DNA of 64,000 nt, from contig CAZSKF010000001.1 of NCBI GenBank assembly GCA_964607405.1, positions 1,140-65,139 of the forward strand, written 5' to 3'. Numbering within the stretch: position 1 is the first letter of the stretch; every line of letters starts with the position of its first letter. This document shows, in pieces, positions 32,632 to 42,328 of this stretch. The position numbers and the translations under genes were made by a program. Under the pieces are notes generated by a model. That model was given only the letters and a program-made list of their open reading frames with translations, had not been told where the DNA came from and searched no databases. This DNA comes from an uncultured Proteiniphilum sp. (GTDB lineage Bacteria > Bacteroidota > Bacteroidia > Bacteroidales > Dysgonomonadaceae).

Positions 32632-34032
32632 CTATGATTGCAAAAGTCTTTCTATTGATTCGATATCTGTGCGGAAGTTTCTATCCACCTCTGCCAGATT
32701 CTTAATAGTATTGTAGCCATGAAGCACAGTGGCATGATTACGATTTCCCACGTGCGATCCAATCTGAGACAGAGACAGCTCTGTGTGGTTTTTAATAAAA
32801 TACATGGTTACCTGACGGGCCTGCACAATTTCTCTCTTGCGCGATGCCGACTGTATCAAGTCCATTTTCACATTATAGAAATCACTTACCACATCCTGAA
32901 TTTTCTTAACCGTAATTTTTTTCTTTTCAAACTTAATATTCTGCTCCATCACGCGCTGTGCAAGAGCAATATTAATATCACGATTATTAATTATAGAATG
33001 CGCCATCAGAGAAACAATTACACCCTCAAGGTCACGAACATTTTGGGTAACATTCTCTGCAATAAAATTAACCACCTCATCCGATATGGTTAATCCATCG
33101 GTAAGTATCTTATGCTTCAATATAGTTTTTCTCAACTCAATATCCGGGCGTTCCAACTTAACAGACAGTCCCCATCTAAAACGAGTAAGCAATCGCTCCT
33201 CCACACCTTCCATTTCCATAGGCGCGCGGTCGCAGGTCATCACCAGCTGTTTGTTATTCTGGTGCAAGTGATTGAATATATGGAAAAACGTATTTTGAGT
33301 CTTCTCTAGTCCCGACAACTCATGAATATCATCAATAATCAAAACATCAATATTTTGATAGAAGTTGATAAAGTCATTTATAGTATTAAAGCGTCTGGCA
33401 TCGGTATATTGAACCTTGAAAAGATGCGCAGAAACATATAGAACCTTTTTGTCAGGAAATAATTCCAACACCTCCGAGCCGATGGCATGACACATGTGCG
33501 TTTTGCCAACTCCCGACTTTCCGTAAACAAAAAGAGGGTTAAAAGCCGTTTTGGCAGGATTCATACCCACAGCCTCAGCCGCCGTACGGGCAAGCTTATT
33601 GCTCTCGCCTTCAAAAAAGTTGTTGAACGAGTATCTAGAATTAATCTGCGAATTAAAATCAGATGTCTCCACCCTGTCAAAAGGACTGGGCACCTTGGCC
33701 GGATTGGCGCTCCTGGTTTTGTTATTAGCAAGAGGTGCTTTAGGCACACCCCTCATCTCTACCGAAAGATTATTTTCAGACTCTACCAATATCCTGTAGC
33801 TCAGCACGGTTCCCTTACCAAAAACTCGATGTAACGTCTTCTGGATAAGGTCTATATACTTATCCTCCAGATATTCATAAAAGAATTGACTTGGCACTTG
33901 TATAGTCAATACGTTCTCCTCATATTTGAAGGGAACTATTGGAGCAAACCAAGTATTATATGCAGCCTCAGGTAAGTTGTCTCGGATTATTTCGAGACAG
34001 TTATTCCATAAAGTCTTAAAATCTATTGTCAT
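32632..34032 (-). CDS. dnaA: Chromosomal replication initiator DnaA
   Basis: FNPLFVYGKSGVGKTH, IIDDIH, NVRDLEG, domain IV ARQVTMY...RNHATVLH. Confidence 0.97.
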   Translation of the reverse strand: MTIDFKTLWNNCLEIIRDNLPEAAYNTWFAPIVPFKYEENVLTIQVPSQFFYEYLEDKYIDLIQKTLHRVFGKGTVLSYRILVESENNLSVEMRGVPKAPLANNKTRSANPAKVPSPFDRVETSDFNSQINSRYSFNNFFEGESNKLARTAAEAVGMNPAKTAFNPLFVYGKSGVGKTHMCHAIGSEVLELFPDKKVLYVSAHLFKVQYTDARRFNTINDFINFYQNIDVLIIDDIHELSGLEKTQNTFFHIFNHLHQNNKQLVMTCDRAPMEMEGVEERLLTRFRWGLSVKLERPDIELRKTILKHKILTDGLTISDEVVNFIAENVTQNVRDLEGVIVSLMAHSIINNRDINIALAQRVMEQNIKFEKKKITVKKIQDVVSDFYNVKMDLIQSASRKREIVQARQVTMYFIKNHTELSLSQIGSHVGNRNHATVLHGYNTIKNLAEVDRNFRTDIESIERLLQS

Positions 34033-34384
34033 TTTTACTTAAAAGTTGAATTCTATTTTTCCAGTTTTGATGCTTTTGGAGCATACAAAAATTGCAAAAA
34101 TAAACGAGAAAAAAAAATAATATTTGTCGCCGTTTTACTTGCATCTTAATATACTCCTAACAATCAACACCCTACACCCAAATCACTCATATATAAATCC
34201 TTACAGCCGAAGCATGCACCCAAGCACCTAATAAACAACCACATACGCCATAAACAGCATTTAACTATCATATTCTGTAACTAAATACCATCGCCTATTT
34301 GACATATTATTTTAGCGTGGGAGGTATAAATTAGCAACAAGAGGCTATTTAGAAACATTCTAAACAATTTGATTGATTAGGACA

Positions 34385-35281
34385 TCAGAATAATCTCACC
34401 TTAACACTAAGATATTTTTTGGGATCTTGGCGAATATCATCAAGCAGCTGAGACACCGAAGACAGCGTATTGGTTAAACTATCATGAAGTTGTGTATCAT
34501 TCATTAATTTTCCTACCGAGGTGTCATCCCTATTAATTTTAGCAACCAGCTCTTCGATATTATCAAGAGTGTTGTCAATGGAAACATAGATTTTCTCCAA
34601 ATCCATATTATTTAAATCATCAGAAATGTCTTTCAAATTGTGCGTAATGCCACTAATATTGTTGGTAATTTCGGGTACATCTTTGTTTAGCGACACCATC
34701 AGTTGATTAAGCTTTACCGTGCCTTCGTCCAAAGAGCCAACTATGTTCCTAACTCCCTGCAATGATTCCACAATCAACTCACTGTTCATTAGTTCGTTTA
34801 TTGATAGCACAGCCGAGTCAAGATGCACTAATAATGAATCGGCCTTTGGGATAACCCCGGCAACCATCTTCATCATATCGGCCTCTCGCTTTCCAAAAAG
34901 CGTATCGCCCGGAACGTAGTATTCGTCAGTTTCGGTATTAGCAATAATACTAGCAGCAGTGGCACCCAAAAAGTCCGATCCAAATTCTATTGTGCTACCT
35001 TTGGGTATTCTATAATTGCCTTCGAGATTGATGTTTACTGCAAATTTGACGGGATTATTGCTTAGCATCTTCATATCGCTCACAAGCCCCACCTGAAAAC
35101 CATTGACATATATTGGCGACGAAGCATACAAGCCCGTTACATTATCAAAAACCACAACATACGTGTTCTGTTTTTTGAATACATTGACCCCTTTAAGGAA
35201 ATTAACCCCAAAGTACACCAATACCAATGCAACTAAAAACGATACTCCAATCAAAAAATTCTTTGAATATTTATTCTGCAT
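34385..35281 (-). CDS. MlaD/MCE family protein
   Basis: N-terminal TM, NFLKG, GL...PIYVNGFQVG.V, helical C-terminus; amidase-mlaD-dnaA synteny. Confidence 0.88.
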   Translation of the reverse strand: MQNKYSKNFLIGVSFLVALVLVYFGVNFLKGVNVFKKQNTYVVVFDNVTGLYASSPIYVNGFQVGLVSDMKMLSNNPVKFAVNINLEGNYRIPKGSTIEFGSDFLGATAASIIANTETDEYYVPGDTLFGKREADMMKMVAGVIPKADSLLVHLDSAVLSINELMNSELIVESLQGVRNIVGSLDEGTVKLNQLMVSLNKDVPEITNNISGITHNLKDISDDLNNMDLEKIYVSIDNTLDNIEELVAKINRDDTSVGKLMNDTQLHDSLTNTLSSVSQLLDDIRQDPKKYLSVKVRLF

Positions 35282-35292
35282 ATTTTTATTTT

Positions 35293-36411
35293 TTACCTAA
35301 TCCTTTTATCATTCTCAAACTCCACAATGAAGGCATCCTTAAACAGCTTCCTAACTGTTCTGAGAGCAGTATTAATCTCATCCTTGCTATTTGTGCTGCC
35401 ATAAGTGTATTTATATGTGCTACCTTCCAAATAAAAGCTCACAGGCTTTAGTCCCTTTAGTTGGGCCGAATTATTTGGCAGCTTGCGGGGTGATGTCAAA
35501 AACTGCACTCTATACTCAACCTTACCACTGCTTGCAGCTTTTGCTGTCGAGGGCTGTGCCTGAGCTGCAGCGCCACTACCCACACTCTGAGCTTTTGTTT
35601 TTGAAACATCGCTCAAAGGATTGTTCTTTTTATCAAACTCGTGTTTGTAATCTTTAAACGCCAAATAAATAGAGTTTGCAAGCGATGCCTGCCCGTTTGC
35701 CGATTTCATATACTTCTCATCCTCAGCATTGGTTATATATCCCAGCTCTACCAGCACACTGGGCATACCCACCTCACGAAGCACCAAGAAGCCCGCTTGG
35801 CGAACATTCCTATTAACCCTCTTCGAGTTATTTACCAACCTATTTTGCACCAAAGATGCAAAGCTCACACTCTGTTGCAAATACTGATCGGCCATAAACT
35901 CAAACATTATGTAAGACTCCGGCTCGTTGGGATCAAAACCCTGATATTTGGTAGAATAGTCCTGCTCATACAAGATAACCGAGTTCTCAGACTTTGCCAC
36001 ATCTAGGTTTTCCTTGCTTCGGTGAAGCCCCAAAACATACGTCTCAACCCCCTGTGGCGATCTTTTTCGCTTATCTAGCGCATTGCAATGCACCGAAATA
36101 AACAAATCGGCATGCGCCTTATTAGCTATACCGGCTCTCACATTAAGATCCACAAACTTGTCTGTATTTCTAGTATAAAGCACATTCACATCTTTGTGAT
36201 TTTGCTTTATCAGTTCGCCCAGCTTCTTGCCAACAGCCAGAACTATATCTTTCTCTTTAGAGCTAGAGCCCAAAGCTCCCGGATCTCTGCCGCCATGTCC
36301 CGGATCTATAACAACGGTAAATTGCGCCTTCTGGCCAAAAAGAGAGGCAGGCAAAGCGAAACTCAACACCATCATATAAACAACAATAAGGCCTATAGAT
36401 TGATACTTCAT
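35293..36411 (-). CDS. N-acetylmuramoyl-L-alanine amidase (Amidase_3)
   Basis: VIDPGHGGRDPGA, EKD, FISVHCN, SVLVELGYITN. Confidence 0.94.
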   Translation of the reverse strand: MKYQSIGLIVVYMMVLSFALPASLFGQKAQFTVVIDPGHGGRDPGALGSSSKEKDIVLAVGKKLGELIKQNHKDVNVLYTRNTDKFVDLNVRAGIANKAHADLFISVHCNALDKRKRSPQGVETYVLGLHRSKENLDVAKSENSVILYEQDYSTKYQGFDPNEPESYIMFEFMADQYLQQSVSFASLVQNRLVNNSKRVNRNVRQAGFLVLREVGMPSVLVELGYITNAEDEKYMKSANGQASLANSIYLAFKDYKHEFDKKNNPLSDVSKTKAQSVGSGAAAQAQPSTAKAASSGKVEYRVQFLTSPRKLPNNSAQLKGLKPVSFYLEGSTYKYTYGSTNSKDEINTALRTVRKLFKDAFIVEFENDKRIR

Positions 36412-36519
36412 GCTTTTGGATTATATTTTATGAATTACAAAAATAGATAATTATTTTAAATGAGAAACCAAGTAGAGAGCATTGTTTCTATTCTACAAAG
36501 TTTTAAGCAAGGGCGTGCG

Positions 36520-37548
36520 TCACTCTATCTGGTGATAATTGCGCGCCACAGATGTATTATCACTACCATTAGCCAATATAGATAAATGCACCATCAAGAA
36601 TACATAAAGCGCATGCAGCTGCTGTGGCGAGGGCTGACTGTGTGCCACAATCGCCTCCAGGGGCTCAGCAATTGGTTGTGGCAGGATACCAACTTCTGGG
36701 GTAGTCTCAACTTCTGTGGCCTCAGGGTTGGTTAACGGCTGCTGTGTAGGTTCTGCCACATTGTCTATCTCAGCAGTTTGCACCGGCGCAGCTTGCAGCC
36801 TATTCTCTCGCTTAGTATCACGCTCTTTCACCACTCCTCTTTGCTGTGCCATCATCTGCGAGATGGTGGCGTACATCAATATAACATTCTCTGATGCACT
36901 ACCCTTTCTGATTTCGTAAAGAGCAAGTGATAACAACGACTGCAACTCAAAGGTTACGTCGCGTCTCACTTCCGTGTAGCCCCTTTCCGCATTTTGTTGC
37001 GCCAGTTCGGTTGATCGGGCAAACTGCGCATCAATTATTTTATTTGTCAAATCGCTCATATCTTGCATTGTGCCCGGAAAGCAGGTATCAATGGCTAGTT
37101 TAAACTCGGGCAGCATTTCATAATCCTGCTCCAGCATCTTCACTATGAACGTGTGCTTGTCAATGCCAAGATCATACAGCCTTTTGCCATATCCCCGCAT
37201 CCACTGATGGAGATACACATAATGCTCTTGTTCTGCACTGGGGTGTAGTTGCATCCTGCTTTCCACACCGCTTCTTACCACAATGTATGATAATATCTTT
37301 TTTCGCTCTGCATGCCCTTGGTTTATCAGCTGGGTGTTATGGTGACTTGTCGGCACCGGACGCAACACCTGCAACTCGGCATTTATATCCTTCAGCTGAC
37401 GCAAATATTGTGGATTAAAGTCCGTATCAGACAAAATACGCGAAATGGCAAGCCATAGCATATTTGAAAAACCTGCAAACTCAGTATTGCTCAGTTTGCG
37501 CATCCAGCTTAGGGGAAGTTTTTTTGGTCCTTTCATTTGTTTGTTCAT
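36520..37548 (-). CDS. Hypothetical all-helical protein, DUF6261/HagB-like, with a P/E/T/Q-rich tail
   Basis: 342-aa ORF with L.N.EF..F at the N-terminus, T..I....ER...L and a C-terminal R.TKR pattern that I recall from DUF6261 proteins. Family call is by eye only. Confidence 0.55.
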   Translation of the reverse strand: MNKQMKGPKKLPLSWMRKLSNTEFAGFSNMLWLAISRILSDTDFNPQYLRQLKDINAELQVLRPVPTSHHNTQLINQGHAERKKILSYIVVRSGVESRMQLHPSAEQEHYVYLHQWMRGYGKRLYDLGIDKHTFIVKMLEQDYEMLPEFKLAIDTCFPGTMQDMSDLTNKIIDAQFARSTELAQQNAERGYTEVRRDVTFELQSLLSLALYEIRKGSASENVILMYATISQMMAQQRGVVKERDTKRENRLQAAPVQTAEIDNVAEPTQQPLTNPEATEVETTPEVGILPQPIAEPLEAIVAHSQPSPQQLHALYVFLMVHLSILANGSDNTSVARNYHQIE

Positions 37549-37642
37549 AGGTTTTGTTTTTATGAAGATATCTTTTGTGAACTAATTTAATAACCGTGGA
37601 AACAGCTCACATGGCGGAGCTGAAACCAATTACAAATATAAT

Positions 37643-37650
37643 GAATTGTG
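37643..37650 (-). promoter_or_regulatory. -7 promoter element for the orphan gene
   Basis: + strand CAAATATA = TATATTTG on the minus strand, ~95 nt upstream of the ATG; a CAGCTC/GAGCTG hairpin follows in the leader. Confidence 0.5.
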
Positions 37651-37843
37651 ATCTTTAAACCAACCAAATTATCATTTATATATTTTCGGGTTTAGGGTTG
37701 GGTAATGAATATGCAAATAGTGGTAAAAAGATTTTCAGAATCATTACCTACCGAGGGCTCAATAGAATATTACATTTACGCAAAACGCTGTCATACTGTT
37801 CAATACAAACATTTGCGAGCACAATCAAGCACGAAAACTAGCA

Positions 37844-38095
37844 AAATGCAAAGTTGTTATTGCATTATTCACACTCAATTATCATAAATACAATTTTATA
37901 TTTATCGTTCCGGCACCATTTTTCTAAAAATGTAAAGTTGTTATTGCACTATTCACGCTCAATTATCGTAAATACAATTTCACATTTTTCATTCCGGCAC
38001 CATTTTTCTTGAAATGTAAAGTTGTTATTGCACCATTCACACCCTTTTATTAAAAATAAAACTTTACATTTTGCGTCCCGGCACCACCTTTCTAA
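37844..38095. repeat. 84-bp tandem repeat array 2 (3 units plus a degenerate 4th), same family as array 1
   Basis: Units start at 37844, 37928 and 38012, e.g. AAATGTAAAGTTGTTATTGCACTATTCACGCTCAATTATCGTAAATACAATTTCACATTTTTCATTCCGGCACCATTTTTCTTG. An in-register AACTTTACAT sits at 38144. Confidence 0.95.
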
Positions 38096-38234
38096 GGATA
38101 TAAATGCATAATCGGGCCACGGGCACTAGCCAATGATAAATAAAACTTTACATACAGCCCAAAACATACGTGGATGGATAGTATTAAGATTACACACAGA
38201 GCAGGTGAGCCATGGATTAGAAAACTAAGTTCAC

Positions 38235-38268
38235 AAAAAAAGGATGCCCCATGAAGAGACATCCCTTT
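38235..38268 (-). terminator. Probable terminator of the TlpA-family gene
   Basis: A tract followed by GGATG...CATCC stem. Confidence 0.55.
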
Positions 38269-38308
38269 GTGCCTGATAATTATCAAGCCTATATGTTTGA
38301 GCGCTTGC

Positions 38309-39418
38309 TTAGTTTAAAAGTTCAGCAAGTTTGTCGTGCAATGCGCTTCCTCTCAAGTCTTTTGCAATGATGTTGCCTTCGCCATCGAGCAATACAGTGT
38401 GAGGAATGCCGCGGAATGCGTAAAGATTTACCACTGGTGTGTCCCAGAACTTAAGGTCTGACATTTGTGGCCAAGTCATGTTAAGATCAGCTAGGCCTTT
38501 CTCCCATGATTCTTGATCTCTGTCAAGAGATACACCAACGATTTCAAAACCTTTATCTTTAAAGTCTTTATAAGCGTTTACCACGTTAGGCATTTCCTGA
38601 CGACATGGTCCGCACCAAGCTGCCCAGAAGTCAATCAATACAACTTTGCCTTTGCCTGCATAGTCAGAAAGAGAAACTTCATTTCCTGCAGGATCTTTCA
38701 TAGTGAAATCAAGGAATGGCTGGCCGATTGCTACTTTTTTAGCATTCTCAAGCTTTTCGATAATCTTTTGGATGTCCTCTCTTGATTTGTATGCTTCGTC
38801 TGCCATAGCCAAGATTTCTTCTTGAACCTCAGGTTCGTAAGCAGGAGCATTAGTTGCAAACATAAATTTGCCTAGCTCGTTGCCAATATTAGCTTTAATG
38901 AAATCTACAGTGCTTGCAGTAAGCTCTTCATAGATTTTATTGTATTGTCCCACAAGCTCCTCTTCAAGCTCAGGAGTCATAGTGCCTTCTTGGCTTGCCG
39001 ATTGAAATTTTTGAGAAATCTCTCTCATCTCAACTTGTCTTTCGCCCAGTTTAGCTTCGTGAGCTGCAAGAGCATCATTAAGCTTAGTTCCCGAAACTGA
39101 AATCTTTTCTTGTTCAACAACTACGTTTATATTTCCCGGCTCTAGCACCACTTGTGTCATCAATCTTCCTGCCACTTGTGGATCTAGAGAGATATATCTA
39201 ACTAGAACGTTCTCTGCATCACCCAATAGTTCAAACTTGCCATCAGTAATCAATGCACTATCCAGCACATTAATATCACGACCTTTTACCTCTTGAACAT
39301 ATACGTAGGTTCCTTCTGCTTCAGGAATATCAACTACACCCTTTAGCTTATATCCGGTTCCTGACGAACAAGAAGCTAGAAATGCCAAAATAGCAAATAG
39401 AATAAAATTTTTTCTCAT
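38309..39418 (-). CDS. TlpA/ResA-like thiol-disulfide oxidoreductase lipoprotein (DUF4369 + AhpC/TSA)
   Basis: Lipobox FLAS-C; IDFWAAWCGPCRQEMP; start MRKNFIL at 39418. Confidence 0.9.
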   Translation of the reverse strand: MRKNFILFAILAFLASCSSGTGYKLKGVVDIPEAEGTYVYVQEVKGRDINVLDSALITDGKFELLGDAENVLVRYISLDPQVAGRLMTQVVLEPGNINVVVEQEKISVSGTKLNDALAAHEAKLGERQVEMREISQKFQSASQEGTMTPELEEELVGQYNKIYEELTASTVDFIKANIGNELGKFMFATNAPAYEPEVQEEILAMADEAYKSREDIQKIIEKLENAKKVAIGQPFLDFTMKDPAGNEVSLSDYAGKGKVVLIDFWAAWCGPCRQEMPNVVNAYKDFKDKGFEIVGVSLDRDQESWEKGLADLNMTWPQMSDLKFWDTPVVNLYAFRGIPHTVLLDGEGNIIAKDLRGSALHDKLAELLN

Positions 39419-39657
39419 ACCTTTTAATTTTGTTATTAATAATTTAATTGTAAACACAAAGATAATTAGAAAATTAAGATGACATATTTATATTAGTGTT
39501 TTTTATACCAAACTCCCCACTAAAGTATCATAAAGAAGCATATAAGTCCTTTTTACTGCGATTTGTCAACCACAAGCAAACAATATATTCAATTTTATTG
39601 CGGGCAATTAATCCATATTTTATTAACTTTGACACTTAAATTTAAAATATCATCATT

Positions 39658-40308
39658 ATGAGTCATTTAATAGCACCATCACTTCTATCTGCAGATTTTT
39701 TGAATCTTGAACGAGACATCAAGATGTTTAACCAAAGCGACGCCGACTGGCTACACCTTGATATCATGGACGGAGTGTTTGTTCCTAACATATCATTTGG
39801 ATTTCCAATAATTAATAGATTAAAAGAAAAAACATCCAAACCATTAGATGTTCACATGATGATTGTGGAGCCTGAAAAATTTATCAAAGAAATTGCCGAT
39901 GCAGGGGTATATTCTATGAATGTTCATTATGAGGCCTGCACTCACCTCAACAGAGTGGTGAATGAGATAAAGAAACACGGCATGAAAGCGGCAGTAACCC
40001 TAAATCCGCACACACCGGTAATGCTGCTAGAAGATATCATTAATGACCTAGATATGGTTCTATTAATGTCGGTAAATCCCGGCTTTGGCGGACAAAAGTT
40101 TATCGAAAACACCGTTCAGAAGGTGGAAACACTTAAAGAATTAATCACAAAAAAGAACTCTCATGCACTTATAGAAGTGGATGGCGGCGTTAATTTGGAA
40201 ACAGGCAAACGATTGGTGGACGCAGGCGCAGACGTGCTGGTGGCAGGCAATTTTGTTTTCTCATCCGACGATCCCATCAAAACAATCAAGCAACTAAAAG
40301 ATTTATAA
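39658..40308 (+). CDS. rpe: Ribulose-phosphate 3-epimerase
   Basis: IAPSLLSADF, HLDIMDG.FVPN, MSVNPGFGGQ, EVDGG. Confidence 0.97.
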   Translation: MSHLIAPSLLSADFLNLERDIKMFNQSDADWLHLDIMDGVFVPNISFGFPIINRLKEKTSKPLDVHMMIVEPEKFIKEIADAGVYSMNVHYEACTHLNRVVNEIKKHGMKAAVTLNPHTPVMLLEDIINDLDMVLLMSVNPGFGGQKFIENTVQKVETLKELITKKNSHALIEVDGGVNLETGKRLVDAGADVLVAGNFVFSSDDPIKTIKQLKDL

Positions 40309-40336
40309 ACTATAGCTGACAAACAAGCATTTTTTT

Positions 40337-42301
40337 GTGAAAGACACCTTTTCTAAAATTCCATTTGCCAAAATACTGATACCGGCAATTGCATCTACGC
40401 TTGTGTCAAATTATTTGACTCAAGAGACCTATCCTGCAATTACTGCAATTGTCGGCATCATCACAGTTGTGCTGTCACACTTCATCCCTCTCAGATGGAA
40501 ACACCGCCTGAGGTGGGTGGGTGGCGCGGGGCTTTTTACAATTGTCTTTGCACTATTCTCATTTCTCACTATAGAAAGAATTAGTGAAGCTCAGCCCACA
40601 CTAAGCAATAATGATGGCTATCACATTACCACTGTTCAAACCTTTCCGCAAGAGAAAAACAAATCCATTGCTTATACTCTTAAAATAGAATACCCCAAGA
40701 AGCAAAAAATTATTGCATACCTAGAAAAGGGAGACGAAGCGGCCTCGCTAACACCCGGTGATGAGATAATTATACATGCGCACGTAGAAGAATTTAAAAA
40801 CTTTGGCAACCCTAACGATTTTGATTATAAACAGTATATGAGAAATAAGGGGTTTGCGGGCAGCACCTATATCCCAACCAAATCTTGGATCAAGACAGAT
40901 AGAGAAAACACCAAATCGATTACAAACTATTCGCAACACTTGCGCCATCAAGCTCTCAAGCTGTATAAATCATTCAACCTAAGCGATGATGCATACTCTT
41001 TCATCTCTGCCCTGACGTTGGGATATAAAGATGACTTGAGCACCAATCTAAAAGAAGCTTTTCAGGCCTCGGGCACTTCGCATATTCTTGCCGTAAGCGG
41101 ATTGCATGTTGGCATAATATATGCCTTGTTGGTATTTGTATTCTCAGTTCTTGGCAAAACCGGCAAGCATAAGATACTGGAGCAACTGCTGATTATAGCT
41201 TCGCTATGGTTTTATGCTGTTTTCACGGGATTATCGCCTTCGGTGATACGTGCCACCATTATGCTTTCATCAGTATCACTAATAAGAGCTTTTAAGAAGA
41301 ACACATACACCACCAATATACTGGCAATTGCTGCATTTTCTATATTGGCCTACAATCCTCTACAGCTTTTTGATGTAGGGTTTCAAATGAGCTTCACGGC
41401 GGTGCTGGCTATTGTTTATATTAATCCCATTATAAACCGAAAGCTGTATTTCAAAAATAAACTATCTAGTTATATTTGGTCGTTGTTTACTGTCTCACTA
41501 TCGGCGCAGATTGGTGTTCTACCCATATCGCTGTTTTACTTTGGCACTTTTCCCACATATTTCTTCATTGCCAATATGATTATCATCCCGGTTATTGGAG
41601 TCATCATATATTTGTGCGTATTATTAGTTTTCATATCCATGTTTAGCGGGTTCAAACTAGCGGTGGTTGGCACTATTCATGAAGCCGTCAGGGTGGTGCT
41701 CGAGTTTTTGATAAACCTCGTATTAAAAACAGTTTATCTCATCGAGACGCTCCCCTTCGCACAAATAAGCAATTTGCACTTAACCCTTCTTCAAACAATT
41801 ATAGCCATAATCTTTATTGCCACTATTGTTATATACCTCAACAGGAGATTACCTAAACACTTAATCACTGCTCTGGCATCATTATTTATTTTTGTTTGCT
41901 CCATCATCATCAATCTGAACAGTAATAAACAAGATTACATAGTAGTATTCAACACTGTCGGCAGAACAGATATATCATTGTATATTGATAACAAGAAAGA
42001 GTATTTAGATTATAATGAAAATGGTCTCATCCCTCACAGCAGCAAGAATATATTACTATTGTCAGAAAACAGATTTAATAATTTAACACCCAGCTCAAAG
42101 ATGGATATGGATATAATTATATTATCAAAAGACAGAAGCTTTTCTATGAAAAAGCTAAACAGTATTTTTAATTGCAACACCATAATATTGGATAGCACAA
42201 TTCCGCAATATATTAAAGACAAATGGATTGAGGAATGCTCATCACTGGATATCGAAATCCATGATGTGAGCAAAAAGGGCGCTTTCTTCATAAAAATATA
42301 G
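40337..42301 (+). CDS. comEC: ComEC/Rec2 family competence protein
   Basis: NPNDFDYK.Y, SGTSHILAVSGLHVG, SPSVIRA, GFQMSF; multi-TM. Confidence 0.9.
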   Translation: MKDTFSKIPFAKILIPAIASTLVSNYLTQETYPAITAIVGIITVVLSHFIPLRWKHRLRWVGGAGLFTIVFALFSFLTIERISEAQPTLSNNDGYHITTVQTFPQEKNKSIAYTLKIEYPKKQKIIAYLEKGDEAASLTPGDEIIIHAHVEEFKNFGNPNDFDYKQYMRNKGFAGSTYIPTKSWIKTDRENTKSITNYSQHLRHQALKLYKSFNLSDDAYSFISALTLGYKDDLSTNLKEAFQASGTSHILAVSGLHVGIIYALLVFVFSVLGKTGKHKILEQLLIIASLWFYAVFTGLSPSVIRATIMLSSVSLIRAFKKNTYTTNILAIAAFSILAYNPLQLFDVGFQMSFTAVLAIVYINPIINRKLYFKNKLSSYIWSLFTVSLSAQIGVLPISLFYFGTFPTYFFIANMIIIPVIGVIIYLCVLLVFISMFSGFKLAVVGTIHEAVRVVLEFLINLVLKTVYLIETLPFAQISNLHLTLLQTIIAIIFIATIVIYLNRRLPKHLITALASLFIFVCSIIINLNSNKQDYIVVFNTVGRTDISLYIDNKKEYLDYNENGLIPHSSKNILLLSENRFNNLTPSSKMDMDIIILSKDRSFSMKKLNSIFNCNTIILDSTIPQYIKDKWIEECSSLDIEIHDVSKKGAFFIKI

Positions 42302-42328
42302 TACTTTTGCTTTTTATTCAAAAAGATA

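Noticed and set aside
34033-34384. oriC in the intergenic region upstream of dnaA
   Set aside because: I found no TTATCCACA-like DnaA box cluster or clear DUE repeats and no adjacent dnaN. GC skew could not be computed here.
16049-38095. Interpreting the two 84-bp arrays as CRISPR arrays
   Set aside because: The segments between arms are homologous between units rather than unique spacers, the repeats themselves vary, and there are no cas genes in the window.
37705-38286. Small ORFs 37705..37887 + and 38092..38286 - flanking array 2
   Set aside because: Short, no motifs, and they overlap repeat or terminator sequence; no support for coding.
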